From an uncultured Dehalococcoidia bacterium (lineage in GTDB: Bacteria; Chloroflexota; Dehalococcoidia; Lucifugimonadales; Australimonadaceae), in assembly GCA_964391355.1 (NCBI GenBank), contig CAYMJY010000001.1, forward strand, positions 4,340 to 68,339: DNA of 64,000 nucleotides, in the 5' to 3' direction. The translations under genes were made by a program, and so were the position numbers. Shown here in pieces: positions 8,605-19,799 of the stretch (position 1 is its first letter; every line of letters begins with the position of its first letter). A model generated the notes under the pieces. That model worked only from the letters and a program-made list of their open reading frames with translations. It was not told the DNA's origin and did not search any database.

Positions 8605-10055
8605 GAGCCAGTACCCAAAATTTTTGTAAGTTCAGTAATTATTCTGGCAGTTCTAATTTTTGAATCTGCTTCGCAATATACTCGTATCAATGGTTCAGTA
8701 CCGGAAGGACGTATTAGCGCCCAATAGTTATTTTCGAGCGAAAAGAAAATGCCATCTTGTTCGGAATCGCTAACTTCTTCTACGGTTAAGTCTGCAATTT
8801 TACGAGGTGAATTATGAGTAATTTCGTTTCTTAGGTCGCTTTTAAGACTGCCTTTAATTGGAATATCCGCACGATCATAATGATGCTCACCAACAATGGA
8901 GTATAGCCACTCCAGTAACTCGGAGGGTCTTTTCCCAGTCATCACCAACATTTCTAAGAATAATAACCCACTAAAAATCCCATCACGTTCTGCTATATTG
9001 CCTCGAAATGCATACCCACCACTTTCTTCACCTGCCGCCAAAGCATCTTCCTTTTGCATAATAGGCCCAACAAATTTAAACCCTACTGGAGTTGTAAAAG
9101 CTTCAACTCTGTATGATTTTGCAAGTTGGTCAACCATTCTACTTTGAGTAATTGACCGTACGAGTGCCCCTTTATATTGTTTTACATGAAGCAGGTGTAA
9201 ACATAGGAGACTAAAAGTACTTAGCGTAGTTAGAAAATTACCATTTTCATCCAAAACTCCAAGCCTGTCAGCATCCCCGTCTAAAGCTAACCCAACGTCT
9301 GCTTCACTCGAGATTACTAAGTCTTTCAACGGTTTTAGATTAAGAGCTATGGGTTCAGGCTGCTTCATTCCTGGAAAAAGAGGGTTCGGATTGCTTCTGA
9401 TTTCTACAACTTGGGTTTCATGCCCACTTAGTAGTTTTTCAATATAACCACCACCTGCACCATGCATCGAATCAACCGCAACTTTAAGGCCTGATTGGCG
9501 GATACTAGTTAAATCTAAGTTTTTCTCAATATTAGTAAAATAATCTTCAGATAAATCGATTGATTCTATACTGCCTTGTATTTCTCTTGAGGTACTTGAG
9601 GAAACAGTTGAAAGCAATGAAGATTCATTGATGTAAGACTCAAGCTTTTCAACTAGCTCTACAGATGCGCTTACCCCAAAAGATGTTTTAAATTTAAAAC
9701 CATTCCAGTCTGAGGGATTGTGGCTGGCAGTAATCACGATACCAGCAGCCGCTTGGAGATTTACTACATTGTAACTGACAACAGGTGTAGGTACTGGACT
9801 ATCTGAAATGACTACATCTATACCGGTTTTTGCAAGCGTGTCCGCAACTTTTTTTGCAAATTCCTTTGACTTATAACGGGTGTCATATCCTATTACGATT
9901 GTCTTTTCTGTCAATTCAGAAGAGTGTAGAAGCTTTGAAACCCCAATAGCACACCGCTCAAGGTTATGAATGTTGAATTCACGATCAATTCTGGCGCGCC
10001 ATCCGTCTGTTCCAAATTTAATTTCTGTCGGCTCTTTAGCCATAATTTCTCGCAT
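8601..10055 (-). CDS. alpha-D-phosphohexomutase (phosphomannomutase/phosphoglucomutase family)
   Basis: 484-aa ORF with the catalytic-serine loop ITASHNPSDWNGFKFK and the metal loop LALDGDADRLGV. Sugar specificity cannot be assigned from sequence alone. Confidence 0.8.
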   Translation of the reverse strand: MREIMAKEPTEIKFGTDGWRARIDREFNIHNLERCAIGVSKLLHSSELTEKTIVIGYDTRYKSKEFAKKVADTLAKTGIDVVISDSPVPTPVVSYNVVNLQAAAGIVITASHNPSDWNGFKFKTSFGVSASVELVEKLESYINESSLLSTVSSSTSREIQGSIESIDLSEDYFTNIEKNLDLTSIRQSGLKVAVDSMHGAGGGYIEKLLSGHETQVVEIRSNPNPLFPGMKQPEPIALNLKPLKDLVISSEADVGLALDGDADRLGVLDENGNFLTTLSTFSLLCLHLLHVKQYKGALVRSITQSRMVDQLAKSYRVEAFTTPVGFKFVGPIMQKEDALAAGEESGGYAFRGNIAERDGIFSGLLFLEMLVMTGKRPSELLEWLYSIVGEHHYDRADIPIKGSLKSDLRNEITHNSPRKIADLTVEEVSDSEQDGIFFSLENNYWALIRPSGTEPLIRVYCEADSKIRTARIITELTKILGTGS

Positions 10056-10058
10056 TTA

Positions 10059-11273
10059 CTACATTTCTGATGCTTTGGACCTTAGTAAATCCGCCATGTC
10101 CGTACGTTCCCATGGTAACTGAACATCGGTTCTGCCAAAATGTCCGTATGAGGCAGTGGCACCATAAATGGGCTTTCTGAGGTCTAAATGCTGGATTATA
10201 GCTCCAGGTCTCAAGTCAAAATTCCCGTTGATTAAAGCTTCGATTTTTTCATCTGAAACTTTCCCTGTACCAAACGTCTCAACTGAAACATTGATAGGAG
10301 CAGCAACTCCAATTGCGTATGAAACTTGGACTTCGCACCTTGATGCTAAATCTGCGGCTATGATATTTTTGGCAACATATCTGGCTGCATAAGCAGCCGA
10401 CCTATCTACTTTTGTGGGATCTTTGCCAGAAAAAGCCCCACCGCCATGCCGTGCAACCCCACCGTATGTATCAACTAAAATCTTCCTCCCTGTAAGACCA
10501 GCGTCTCCATGGGGACCTCCAACCACGAAACTACCTGACGGATTTACGATAATCTTTGTATCTTTATCGACTAATTTTGATGGAAGTATAGGGTTTATGA
10601 CATTCTGGATAACATCCTGCTGGATTGAACTTAACGGAACTCCAGCTGAATGTTGTGTGCTGACGATAACTGTATGTATCCTTTTCGGTTTCCCAAACTC
10701 ATATTCAACGGTTACTTGAGACTTCCCATCAGGCTTGAGATAAGGGATTACTCCTTCTTTACGAATAATCGATAATCGCTGTGTTAGGGCGTGCGACAAT
10801 GACAAAGTCAGAGGCATGAATTCTTCAGTCTCGTCACATGCAAAACCGACCATCATACCTTGGTCTCCTGCTCCTAAAGTATCTACCTCATCTCCCTTTA
10901 AACTAGAATCTCTATGTTCTAGAGCAGTAGATACAGCTTGGTTGATATCGGGAGATTGTTGGTGTATTTCTATGAGAACTCGGCAAGACTTGTAGTCAAT
11001 GCCAATTTCAGGATCGTCGTACCCAATTGCACGAACTTTGTCCCTCACAATTGCTTCATAATCTACAACCGCGGAGGTAGTAATTTCACCAAATACCATT
11101 ATTAAATTTGTGGTAGTTGCCGTTTCACAAGCTACTCGGGCGTTTGGATCTTGCGAATAAATTGCGTCAAGAATTGCATCTGAAATTTGATCACAAATCT
11201 TATCTGGGTGCCCCTCAGTTACCGACTCAGAAGTGTATAAATATGATTGTGATTGTTCAAATGTAGTTGCCAT
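10059..11273 (-). CDS. metK: S-adenosylmethionine synthetase
   Basis: 404-aa ORF with [36 protein letters not shown] and [19 protein letters not shown] motifs. Confidence 0.95.
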   Translation of the reverse strand: MATTFEQSQSYLYTSESVTEGHPDKICDQISDAILDAIYSQDPNARVACETATTTNLIMVFGEITTSAVVDYEAIVRDKVRAIGYDDPEIGIDYKSCRVLIEIHQQSPDINQAVSTALEHRDSSLKGDEVDTLGAGDQGMMVGFACDETEEFMPLTLSLSHALTQRLSIIRKEGVIPYLKPDGKSQVTVEYEFGKPKRIHTVIVSTQHSAGVPLSSIQQDVIQNVINPILPSKLVDKDTKIIVNPSGSFVVGGPHGDAGLTGRKILVDTYGGVARHGGGAFSGKDPTKVDRSAAYAARYVAKNIIAADLASRCEVQVSYAIGVAAPINVSVETFGTGKVSDEKIEALINGNFDLRPGAIIQHLDLRKPIYGATASYGHFGRTDVQLPWERTDMADLLRSKASEM

Positions 11274-11297
11274 AGGGCCTCCGTCAGAAAGTTCTTT

Positions 11298-12575
<1,278 letters not shown>

Positions 12576-12929
12576 TTAAATGCCATAAGTTGTTGGAAGG
12601 CTTTCTGTAATCCAAACAGGCACGCCTTGCTCTACGTTAAAAAGTTTTTCTTGGTTGAACCCTAGAGCTGCTGCCATTTCAGCAGCAAGACCACTTCTGA
12701 CTCCAGCCGCGCATATAAACAACAAATCTTTGTCTTTCGGTAAATTATCGTCAGCTTCAGACAAAACATTATCTACTTCAAGGTGCAGAGCATCAGTAGG
12801 ATGACCTTCAGACCATTCATCATCGCGACGTACATCGACGATCAAAGCACCGGCCCTTTGCATTTCCAACGCCTCATGTACTGTAATTCTTTTATAAGGC
12901 TCACCAGGATTTTGTTTTCCGTAGCTCAT
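12576..12929 (-). CDS. single-domain rhodanese-like sulfurtransferase
   Basis: 117-aa ORF with the active-site loop CAAGVRS and a typical rhodanese length. Confidence 0.8.
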   Translation of the reverse strand: MSYGKQNPGEPYKRITVHEALEMQRAGALIVDVRRDDEWSEGHPTDALHLEVDNVLSEADDNLPKDKDLLFICAAGVRSGLAAEMAAALGFNQEKLFNVEQGVPVWITESLPTTYGI

Positions 12930-13055
12930 TGATTCTCCTTATTCTCATCTGACCAAAATTAAATATATTTATCCACTAAGAGTTGTGATTTTCGAGTGTC
13001 TGTAGAAAACCTTAAAAGCGAATATCTTTCAAATCAAATATATGGTAAGCCAAGA

Positions 13056-13763
13056 TTATCGGACTTTCATGCAGTCCGCCAATACCTTTAAGTGGTCTGC
13101 TTTAAAAGTATCTCCAAAATTCTGCGTAGACTGCGAGCTTTGCAAGCTTTGCAAATCACTATTTTCAAATAAACAACGCAGGTCATCTAGCGTAGAACCT
13201 TCTGGTAGTGAAGCTTCTTCACCAAAGATTGAAATAAGCGCAATTCTTTGTGCTTCTTTTTGGCTGAGGCATAAAAGTAAAGCAATCGAAGTCTCGAAGG
13301 CGGCTTCTTGTTCAAGTGAGCTTTGCTTATAGATCGACGAAAAATCAAACCCAGCCATGGTTTGAATAATACAACTTGCACTTTGATCCGATAGTTTCCC
13401 AGCTTCTAGTTCTAATTTTGAGATAGTCAAAATTGAAAAAGTCTCATTACTGAAACACTCTACTGCTGCTTTGTTTGGAAACCCACCAAGATTTTCTGGA
13501 ATTTCTTGCCTCAGGAAGCTGGCATAATCATGTCCTAAAAGCTGAAGTCTCATGCATTCAGCATCAAGCTGAGGCATTACACGAACTAACTGGTTAATAG
13601 TAGGAGTTTCAGTAATATCTAACCTTTTAATCTCCAAATGTGTTTCAGTTGGAGTAGGTGAGAGCGGCGGTTTTGTTGAGTCTCTAGAACACGAAAGAGT
13701 GAAAATGAGTAAAAAGAAACAGCAAAATAAAAAAAGAGCATTGAATATTCGCAATTTTCGCAT
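13056..13763 (-). CDS. hypothetical lipoprotein
   Basis: N-terminus MRKLRIFNALFLFCCFFLLIFTLSCSRD has a signal peptide with a lipobox-like L-S-C, followed by a Pro/Thr linker. I recognise no family. Confidence 0.6.
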   Translation of the reverse strand: MRKLRIFNALFLFCCFFLLIFTLSCSRDSTKPPLSPTPTETHLEIKRLDITETPTINQLVRVMPQLDAECMRLQLLGHDYASFLRQEIPENLGGFPNKAAVECFSNETFSILTISKLELEAGKLSDQSASCIIQTMAGFDFSSIYKQSSLEQEAAFETSIALLLCLSQKEAQRIALISIFGEEASLPEGSTLDDLRCLFENSDLQSLQSSQSTQNFGDTFKADHLKVLADCMKVR

Positions 13764-13960
13764 AACGTTTCTTTTGATTAGAGTTTCACCATGAATATAT
13801 CATCCATGTGAAGCAGGAGTTGATTACTTTTGAGCTTGAGAGGATATTAAACTGATGAAATCAGGTTTTGTTTTTGTAGGTACTATTAAAAGTAGGATTT
13901 CATGAAATATATACACGCTGTAACAAACATTCCCCTAGCATCATTTCAAGTTGATTAGAT

Positions 13961-15094
13961 ATGATTTTAACGCATATATCCTTAATTAATTTCCGAAACC
14001 TTATACACCTTGAAGCCGATTTAGCTCCAGGCTTAACAATAATCTCTGGCGATAATGGACAAGGCAAAAGCAGCTTTCTAGAAGGTGTTTACCTTTTATC
14101 AATAGGGAAGTCCTACAAAGCCTTGACTGAAAAGGAACTAGTTAACTGGTCCGCGCTAGAAAAGGAATTGGCAATTATCGGCGGAAAGGTTCTCAAAAAT
14201 GAAGTTATTACGGATATTAAGGTGGGAATTGATACTAGAAAAGGTGTAATGCAAAAGTACGCACGTGTTAACAGTGTCCCCCAAAAACCGTCTGAGATGG
14301 TGGGAATTTTGAACGCAGTGTTATTTTCTGCAGAAGATATTGAATTAGTTTCTGGCTCTCCTAAAGGCAGAAGACGCTATATAGACATACTTATGACCCA
14401 GGTTAACCCCAAGTACTTACGTTCACTGCAGCTTTATCAAAAGATTGTCACTCAGAGGAACCATGTATTAAGGAACATTCGAGACGGGAAATCTAATCTT
14501 CAAGAGCTTAAATCTTGGAACTTACAATTAGCCAAAGAAGGATCGTTGATCATTTTTGCTAGGTTGAAAACGATGGAATTTTTGAAAAACACTATTTCGG
14601 CTGTCTACGAGCAGCTTTCTCCTAATAATCCACAATTAGATGTTAATTATGAATCTACTGTTGAATTAAGCAGAGTTGCTAACCTAGATGAAATTGAAGA
14701 GGCGTTTATTTCTGGCTTGTTGGAAGTTCAGGGCAAGGAATTGGCGACTTCCCAGACTGCCCTAGGTCCTCATAGAGATGATATTCGACTATCTCAAGAA
14801 GGAAGAGATTTCGGGAAATTTTCTTCAAGAGGCCAAGCAAGGATTGCGGCTTTGGCTATGCGCCTAGCAGAGGCTCAGATTCTCAAAAATATGAATAGTC
14901 ACGACCCAATATTACTTTTAGATGACGTTTTATCTGAACTTGATTTCGCTAAAAGGCAGATGGTTATGGATGAAGTCAGCCGCTATGAACAGATACTTTT
15001 AAGCACTGCAGAAATCGATATAGTGCCTCAAAATAAGCACAATGAACTGAAAATCATCAAGTTAAATAGAGGCTCATTTTGCCCTGCTAATTGA
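13961..15094 (+). CDS. recF: DNA replication and repair protein RecF
   Basis: 377-aa ORF: ISLINFRNL, Walker A GDNGQGKSSFLEG, LGPHRDD signature, Walker B LLLDDVLSELD. Confidence 0.9.
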   Translation: MILTHISLINFRNLIHLEADLAPGLTIISGDNGQGKSSFLEGVYLLSIGKSYKALTEKELVNWSALEKELAIIGGKVLKNEVITDIKVGIDTRKGVMQKYARVNSVPQKPSEMVGILNAVLFSAEDIELVSGSPKGRRRYIDILMTQVNPKYLRSLQLYQKIVTQRNHVLRNIRDGKSNLQELKSWNLQLAKEGSLIIFARLKTMEFLKNTISAVYEQLSPNNPQLDVNYESTVELSRVANLDEIEEAFISGLLEVQGKELATSQTALGPHRDDIRLSQEGRDFGKFSSRGQARIAALAMRLAEAQILKNMNSHDPILLLDDVLSELDFAKRQMVMDEVSRYEQILLSTAEIDIVPQNKHNELKIIKLNRGSFCPAN

Positions 15095-16547
15095 AAGGAT
15101 TTGCTTTTCCCCAGCCGCTGACTTGTTCATAAGCGTAAGCTGTTCGAAATAAAGCCTGCTCACCTAAGTGAGGCCCGAGAAATTGTATTCCAATTGGCAG
15201 TTTGTCTACGAACCCACAAGGTACAGAAATCGCTGGAAGCCCCGCTATGTTAACTGGCACATTGCATATATCGTTTGCATGCATTGCGATAGGGTCATGA
15301 ACCTTTGAACCGATTTTGAAAGCAGGACCAGGCGTGCTGGGAGTAGCTATAATATCAACGTGTTTAAATGCTTCTGCAAACTCTTGCCGAATTAATGTCC
15401 TAACCTTCTGAGCTTTTAAATAATAAGCTTCATAATAGCCCGCAGAAAGCGCATATGTTCCGAGCATAATCCTGCGTTTAACTTCAGGACCGAAGCCAGC
15501 TTTTCTTGTGTCTGATAAGGCATCCCACATATTTGTTGATTGCTGGTCAGAAAAACCATATTTGACGCCGTCATAACGTGCCAAATTTGCTGAACACTCA
15601 GAGGGAGCAATTATGTAGTAAACAGCTAATGCATTACGCGAGTTAGGTAGCGAGACCTCAACAATTTCCGCACCTAGGCTTTCCATTTTTTCAATTTCTT
15701 TCATGGCTGAATGAGATGTTGCTTTGTCTATTCCCTCACCAAAATACTCTTTGGCTACACCTATCCTCATGCCTTTAATGCCTTGATCTATATCGGTTGT
15801 ATAGTCCTTCTTGCTGAAAGGAATGCTTGTTGAATCTTTAGGATCATGACCAGATATTACTGAGAGTACAATTGCAGAGTCTTTGACTGAGCGGGTAATG
15901 GGACCGATCTGGTCAAAAGAAGATGCAAAGGCAATAAGACCGTATCTACTGACTAAACCGTACGTAGGTTTCATGCCAACAACTCCACAAAGTGCAGCTG
16001 GTTGACGAATGGATCCTCCAGTGTCCGACCCAAGAGAAAAAACCACTTCCCCTGCTGCCACAGCTGCAGCGGGGCCTCCACTCGATCCACCAGGAACAAA
16101 TTCGATGTCCCAGGGGTTAGCAGTCAATTTGAAAGCAGAGTTTTCAGTGGAAGATCCCATGGCAAACTCATCCATGTTGCCCTTACCCAAAAGGATTGAT
16201 CCTGCTTCTTCCAAAGCGTTTGCCACTGTGGCATTGTATGGGGGTAAGTAGTCACTAAGCATTTTTGAAGCACATGTTGTTCGAATGTCTTGAGTGCTGA
16301 TGTTGTCCTTAATTTGATTGGGGATCCCAGTCAAAGGAGTTGATAAACCTTTTGAAATCAGCGTGTCCGCTTTTTGGGCATTAGCTAGAGCATTATCACC
16401 ACATACAGTTAGAAACGCACCAATTTTCGGGTCAATTGAATCGATTCTTTCTAAGTGGGATTCGGTAATTTCCATTGCCGATACTTGCTTGCTTTTTAAA
16501 GCTTTTGCCATTTCTTCAATTGTCATGTAAAAAATTTCTGAGGTCAT
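15087..16547 (-). CDS. gatA: Glu-tRNA(Gln)/Asp-tRNA(Asn) amidotransferase subunit A
   Basis: 486-aa amidase-signature protein (GGSSGGPAAAVAAGE, GSDTGGSIRQPAA). Directly downstream of gatC. Confidence 0.9.
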   Translation of the reverse strand: MTSEIFYMTIEEMAKALKSKQVSAMEITESHLERIDSIDPKIGAFLTVCGDNALANAQKADTLISKGLSTPLTGIPNQIKDNISTQDIRTTCASKMLSDYLPPYNATVANALEEAGSILLGKGNMDEFAMGSSTENSAFKLTANPWDIEFVPGGSSGGPAAAVAAGEVVFSLGSDTGGSIRQPAALCGVVGMKPTYGLVSRYGLIAFASSFDQIGPITRSVKDSAIVLSVISGHDPKDSTSIPFSKKDYTTDIDQGIKGMRIGVAKEYFGEGIDKATSHSAMKEIEKMESLGAEIVEVSLPNSRNALAVYYIIAPSECSANLARYDGVKYGFSDQQSTNMWDALSDTRKAGFGPEVKRRIMLGTYALSAGYYEAYYLKAQKVRTLIRQEFAEAFKHVDIIATPSTPGPAFKIGSKVHDPIAMHANDICNVPVNIAGLPAISVPCGFVDKLPIGIQFLGPHLGEQALFRTAYAYEQVSGWGKANPFN

Positions 16548-16552
16548 GAGTA

Positions 16553-16867
16553 CTATTCCAAAACTCTTTTAATCTTAAAAAATCCATCCTGCTGATTTGG
16601 TGCGTTGAAGAGAACTTGTTGGTTTGTTAGAGAATCAGCCACTTTGTCATCGCGCAAGACTGTTTCAACAGATTCAAGAACATGAGAAGTGGGATTAATA
16701 TCGTCAGTTTTGACGGCACTAATCACATCAACTTCCTCAAGAAGTGATCTCAAGTCGCTCAACATAGATTGCAACTCCTCTTCAGACATGGCTATCCTGC
16801 AAAGAAGGGCGATATTTTTGACATCATCGATAGTAATCTCTTCTCGTTTATTCACTTTTTTTCCCAT
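16553..16867 (-). CDS. gatC: amidotransferase subunit C
   Basis: 104-aa acidic ORF (ITIDDVKNIALLCRIAMSEEELQSM...). Its size and position upstream of gatA fit GatC. Confidence 0.8.
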   Translation of the reverse strand: MGKKVNKREEITIDDVKNIALLCRIAMSEEELQSMLSDLRSLLEEVDVISAVKTDDINPTSHVLESVETVLRDDKVADSLTNQQVLFNAPNQQDGFFKIKRVLE

Positions 16868-16903
16868 TAAAGGCGAAAAACATTAGCAATATTCCGCCGT
16901 TAT

Positions 16904-17224
16904 TCATACTATTTTTCGACCATCTTCTTCGCAAAGTGCACGTATATGCTTGAAAGGGAATATCCCTGTATCGTGTAAATCGCTGAACAAAATGCCCACG
17001 GCATAGTTTCCTATTTCAAGTACATCCTCAACTTTTATGTTATCAGCTACATCGGCTACCCCGACGTGTCGCACATGAGTCATTTCGTCAACGCAACTCG
17101 CACAATTGCAATTGCCTCTTAAAATTTTATGCTCAAGTAAATATTGCTGACCGTCCTTCCATAAAACATACATACCCTCTTCTTGGACATTGATAGATCT
17201 CGGTTCAAATTTTGACTCGGCCAT
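16904..17224 (-). CDS. DUF971 (gamma-butyrobetaine hydroxylase N-terminal-like) protein
   Basis: 106-aa ORF with LWKDGQQYLLEHKILRGNCNCASCVDEMT, the Cys-cluster pattern I associate with DUF971. Confidence 0.7.
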   Translation of the reverse strand: MAESKFEPRSINVQEEGMYVLWKDGQQYLLEHKILRGNCNCASCVDEMTHVRHVGVADVADNIKVEDVLEIGNYAVGILFSDLHDTGIFPFKHIRALCEEDGRKIV

Positions 17225-17226
17225 AC

Positions 17227-18183
17227 TTAGAGATTCACCTTCTCACCAATCTTGTTTTCTAATGCCATATGATAAACATGCATTGCAGTAATAACATCCT
17301 CAGTCCCTATCCCTTGGGACTCAAAAAGAGTAATCTCTTGATTATCAGATCTACCTAGGGATTTTTGAGATACTACCTCGCTCAAACTCAGAATATCCTC
17401 CCACTTGAAAACACCTTGATTTTGTACTCCGATCAGGTCTCCCGCTTCGATTTTTGCTTGATCAATATCATCTACTACAATTACCGAACTGCGCTGAATT
17501 GTGAAAGCATCTAATTCCCTTCTTGTTGAATTATTTGACCCCGCAGCATTGATATGGCTTCCTAGGTTAATTGATGTACCGTTAAGCACTGGATCAGCTG
17601 AGTTGGTTATGGTGCAAATTATTTCAGCGGAAACCACGGCTTCATCCGAACTTTTTGTAGCACTAACATCTATGTCTAAATAAGAGCTCATGCGGTTTGC
17701 GAAAGCTTCTCTGCTCTTCTGGTTCCTGCTATAAACGAAAGCTTTGTTGATCTTTCGTACTTTGCAGACAGCTTCCATTTGAGTAAAAGCTTGGAAGCCA
17801 CTTCCGATTACAGAAACTGTTTTTGCATCAGATTTTGCCATGTAGTCTGTTGCGAGTCCGCTTACGGCCCCAGTGCGAATCTGGCCTAGAGCATTTGCAG
17901 AGATTATTGCTAAAGGCTCTGCTGACTCAGTTCCGAAAAGTACAACAACCATTTGTGCTGATTTACTACCTGGTATTGATATGTATGTCTTCAAACCAGC
18001 TGCACGATAATAGGGTACGACACCACCCATTACTTGTAGACTACCGGACGGCAAAGGCAATCTTTGCCGAACCATTAATTGAGTTTGGGGGTCCAGCTGA
18101 TCGTTAAAAAGTGTTTTGAGGAGATCAATACAATCTTGCATTTTTAGCAATTCACGTACTTCAGAGTCACTGATAATTAGCAT
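17227..18183 (-). CDS. ornithine cyclodeaminase / mu-crystallin family protein
   Basis: 318-aa ORF with a Rossmann segment (TVSVIGSGFQAFTQMEAV) and the overall family pattern. Substrate unknown. Confidence 0.8.
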   Translation of the reverse strand: MLIISDSEVRELLKMQDCIDLLKTLFNDQLDPQTQLMVRQRLPLPSGSLQVMGGVVPYYRAAGLKTYISIPGSKSAQMVVVLFGTESAEPLAIISANALGQIRTGAVSGLATDYMAKSDAKTVSVIGSGFQAFTQMEAVCKVRKINKAFVYSRNQKSREAFANRMSSYLDIDVSATKSSDEAVVSAEIICTITNSADPVLNGTSINLGSHINAAGSNNSTRRELDAFTIQRSSVIVVDDIDQAKIEAGDLIGVQNQGVFKWEDILSLSEVVSQKSLGRSDNQEITLFESQGIGTEDVITAMHVYHMALENKIGEKVNL

Positions 18184-18195
18184 TGTTTCTTTTCT

Positions 18196-19272
18196 CTAAT
18201 CCAGGATTTCCAATTTCATCTGTCCTTCAGGACTTATAGGCTTGAGATTGCTAGCTCCGATTCCGATTAAGCGTAACGCTTTTGGGCTGATCCAATTTGC
18301 ATCAAACAACCTTTTCGCAAATCCAAATAACACATTCACATCGGATGTGAATTCGTGATTGCTTACAGAACGGGAGATAGTTTCGAAATTTGAGTACCTT
18401 ATTTTCAATGTCACCGTTTTTGCAGAAATTTGTTGATGCACTAATGACTTGGATACACTTTGAGTTAGCTTCCATAATTCTGAATACAGCTCTTGAACCT
18501 CGGAAATATCTTTATCAAAAGTTTCCTCAGAGCTAATAGACTTCGGAGCGTTTTCAACAACTACCGAAGAATCGTCCTGCCCTTGAGCTCTGATCTTAAT
18601 AACTGGTCCTGAAGGCCCCAGAATCGAAATCAAAAAAGAATCCGAAGCAGCTGCAACACTCCCAAGAGTAGTCAAGCCCACGCTTCGAAGTTTACTAGAA
18701 GAGCGAGGACCAATTCCAGGAAGTAGGGCTATCTCAAGAGGCGCTAAAAACTCCGTTTCCTTACCTGGCGGAACGAATATAAAACCTTTTGGTTTCCCGG
18801 TTTCACAGGCCACCTTCGCGATTAATTTGTTAGTGGCTAATCCTATAGAGCAACTTAGCCCCAGCTCAACCATAATTCGACCTTGCATTTGATGGGCTAG
18901 GGCTTTTGCATGTGCCATATCATTAGTGCTTGCCGTAAGATCAACATACCCCTCATCGATGGATACTTGTTGCACTTGTTTTGTCTCTTCAAGTAACAAA
19001 CTAAAAACTTTCTTTGAATAAGCCTTGTACAGAGAATGGCGGGTTGGCAAAACGACTGCATGTGGACAAAGCCTTAACGCATGAGCCATGGGCATCGCTG
19101 ATCGACACCCGTATTGCCTAGCTATATATGAAGCAGCAGCTACTACTCCTCTACTTTCAGGTGAGCCACCGATCAAAACGGGCTTGTCTTTTAGATAAGG
19201 ATTTTCAAGTTCTTCGACTGAGGCATAAAATGCATCTAAGTCGACTAAGGCGATTCTCCTCTTGTTGTTCAC
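18196..19272 (-). CDS. dinB: DNA polymerase IV (Y-family)
   Basis: 358-aa ORF: IALVDLDAFYASVEELENP, SIDEGYVDLT, LPGIGPRSSSKL. Confidence 0.9.
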   Translation of the reverse strand: MNNKRRIALVDLDAFYASVEELENPYLKDKPVLIGGSPESRGVVAAASYIARQYGCRSAMPMAHALRLCPHAVVLPTRHSLYKAYSKKVFSLLLEETKQVQQVSIDEGYVDLTASTNDMAHAKALAHQMQGRIMVELGLSCSIGLATNKLIAKVACETGKPKGFIFVPPGKETEFLAPLEIALLPGIGPRSSSKLRSVGLTTLGSVAAASDSFLISILGPSGPVIKIRAQGQDDSSVVVENAPKSISSEETFDKDISEVQELYSELWKLTQSVSKSLVHQQISAKTVTLKIRYSNFETISRSVSNHEFTSDVNVLFGFAKRLFDANWISPKALRLIGIGASNLKPISPEGQMKLEILD

Positions 19273-19337
19273 TAGATTATCGTAACCTAATCAAGCACCA
19301 GTCGAAATAGAACTTTGACAGAAACGAATACTAGAAA

Positions 19338-19646
19338 TTATTGAGTCTGCTTTTTGCCTCTAACTGCGGCTGACAAATCTGAACCTGCTGTAAAACCAAC
19401 GCGACTATGAGCAGGAACTGTTACTCGCTGGCCAGCTTGGCGTCCTCGGATTGCGCGCACTTGCCGTTCCTTAACCCTTCGAGATTCAAAAGCACCAAAG
19501 CCAGTAATTACAACACGATCCCCTGAAGCAAGTGCCTCTCTCACACAATCTAGAACCGCATTCAATGCTAGATCACCTTGTGATTTGGGGGACCCAAGCT
19601 TTTCAGCTACCTTTGACGCTAAATCTCCTTTGCGAAGCGTGGCCAA
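19338..19646 (-). CDS. HU/IHF-family DNA-binding protein (atypical arm)
   Basis: 102-aa ORF with a TTG start. It has an HU-like helical N-terminus and ITGFGAFESRRV, but the beta-arm reads ERQVRAIRGRQAGQRVTVPA instead of the usual R-N-P-x-T-G. Confidence 0.8.
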   Translation of the reverse strand: MATLRKGDLASKVAEKLGSPKSQGDLALNAVLDCVREALASGDRVVITGFGAFESRRVKERQVRAIRGRQAGQRVTVPAHSRVGFTAGSDLSAAVRGKKQTQ

Positions 19647-19799
19647 ACTGCACCTCCCTTAAATAACAAACTGCACCTAAAGAGCGGCGGCAATATAGCA
19701 CAGCAAAATCAAAAGGTACAAATGCACTTTATTTATTAGTCATTTCCCATGCAGCACAATTAGGCAAAATACATATTTTTACCTAATCTGGCAATCTTG

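Noticed and set aside
13764-13960. AT-rich 197-bp spacer before recF, with a ctgat-gaa-atcag hairpin and T-run, as a small RNA or terminator
   Set aside because: The stem is only 5 bp with mismatched extensions. No upstream plus-strand gene needs termination there, and I recognise no conserved motif.
19640-19690. Direct repeat of caaactgcacct (two copies 24 nt apart) at the HU start as a regulatory repeat or alternative start
   Set aside because: It is short and single-pair. The upstream TTG is out of frame with the HU ORF. It may simply reflect a small duplication of the Shine-Dalgarno/start region.
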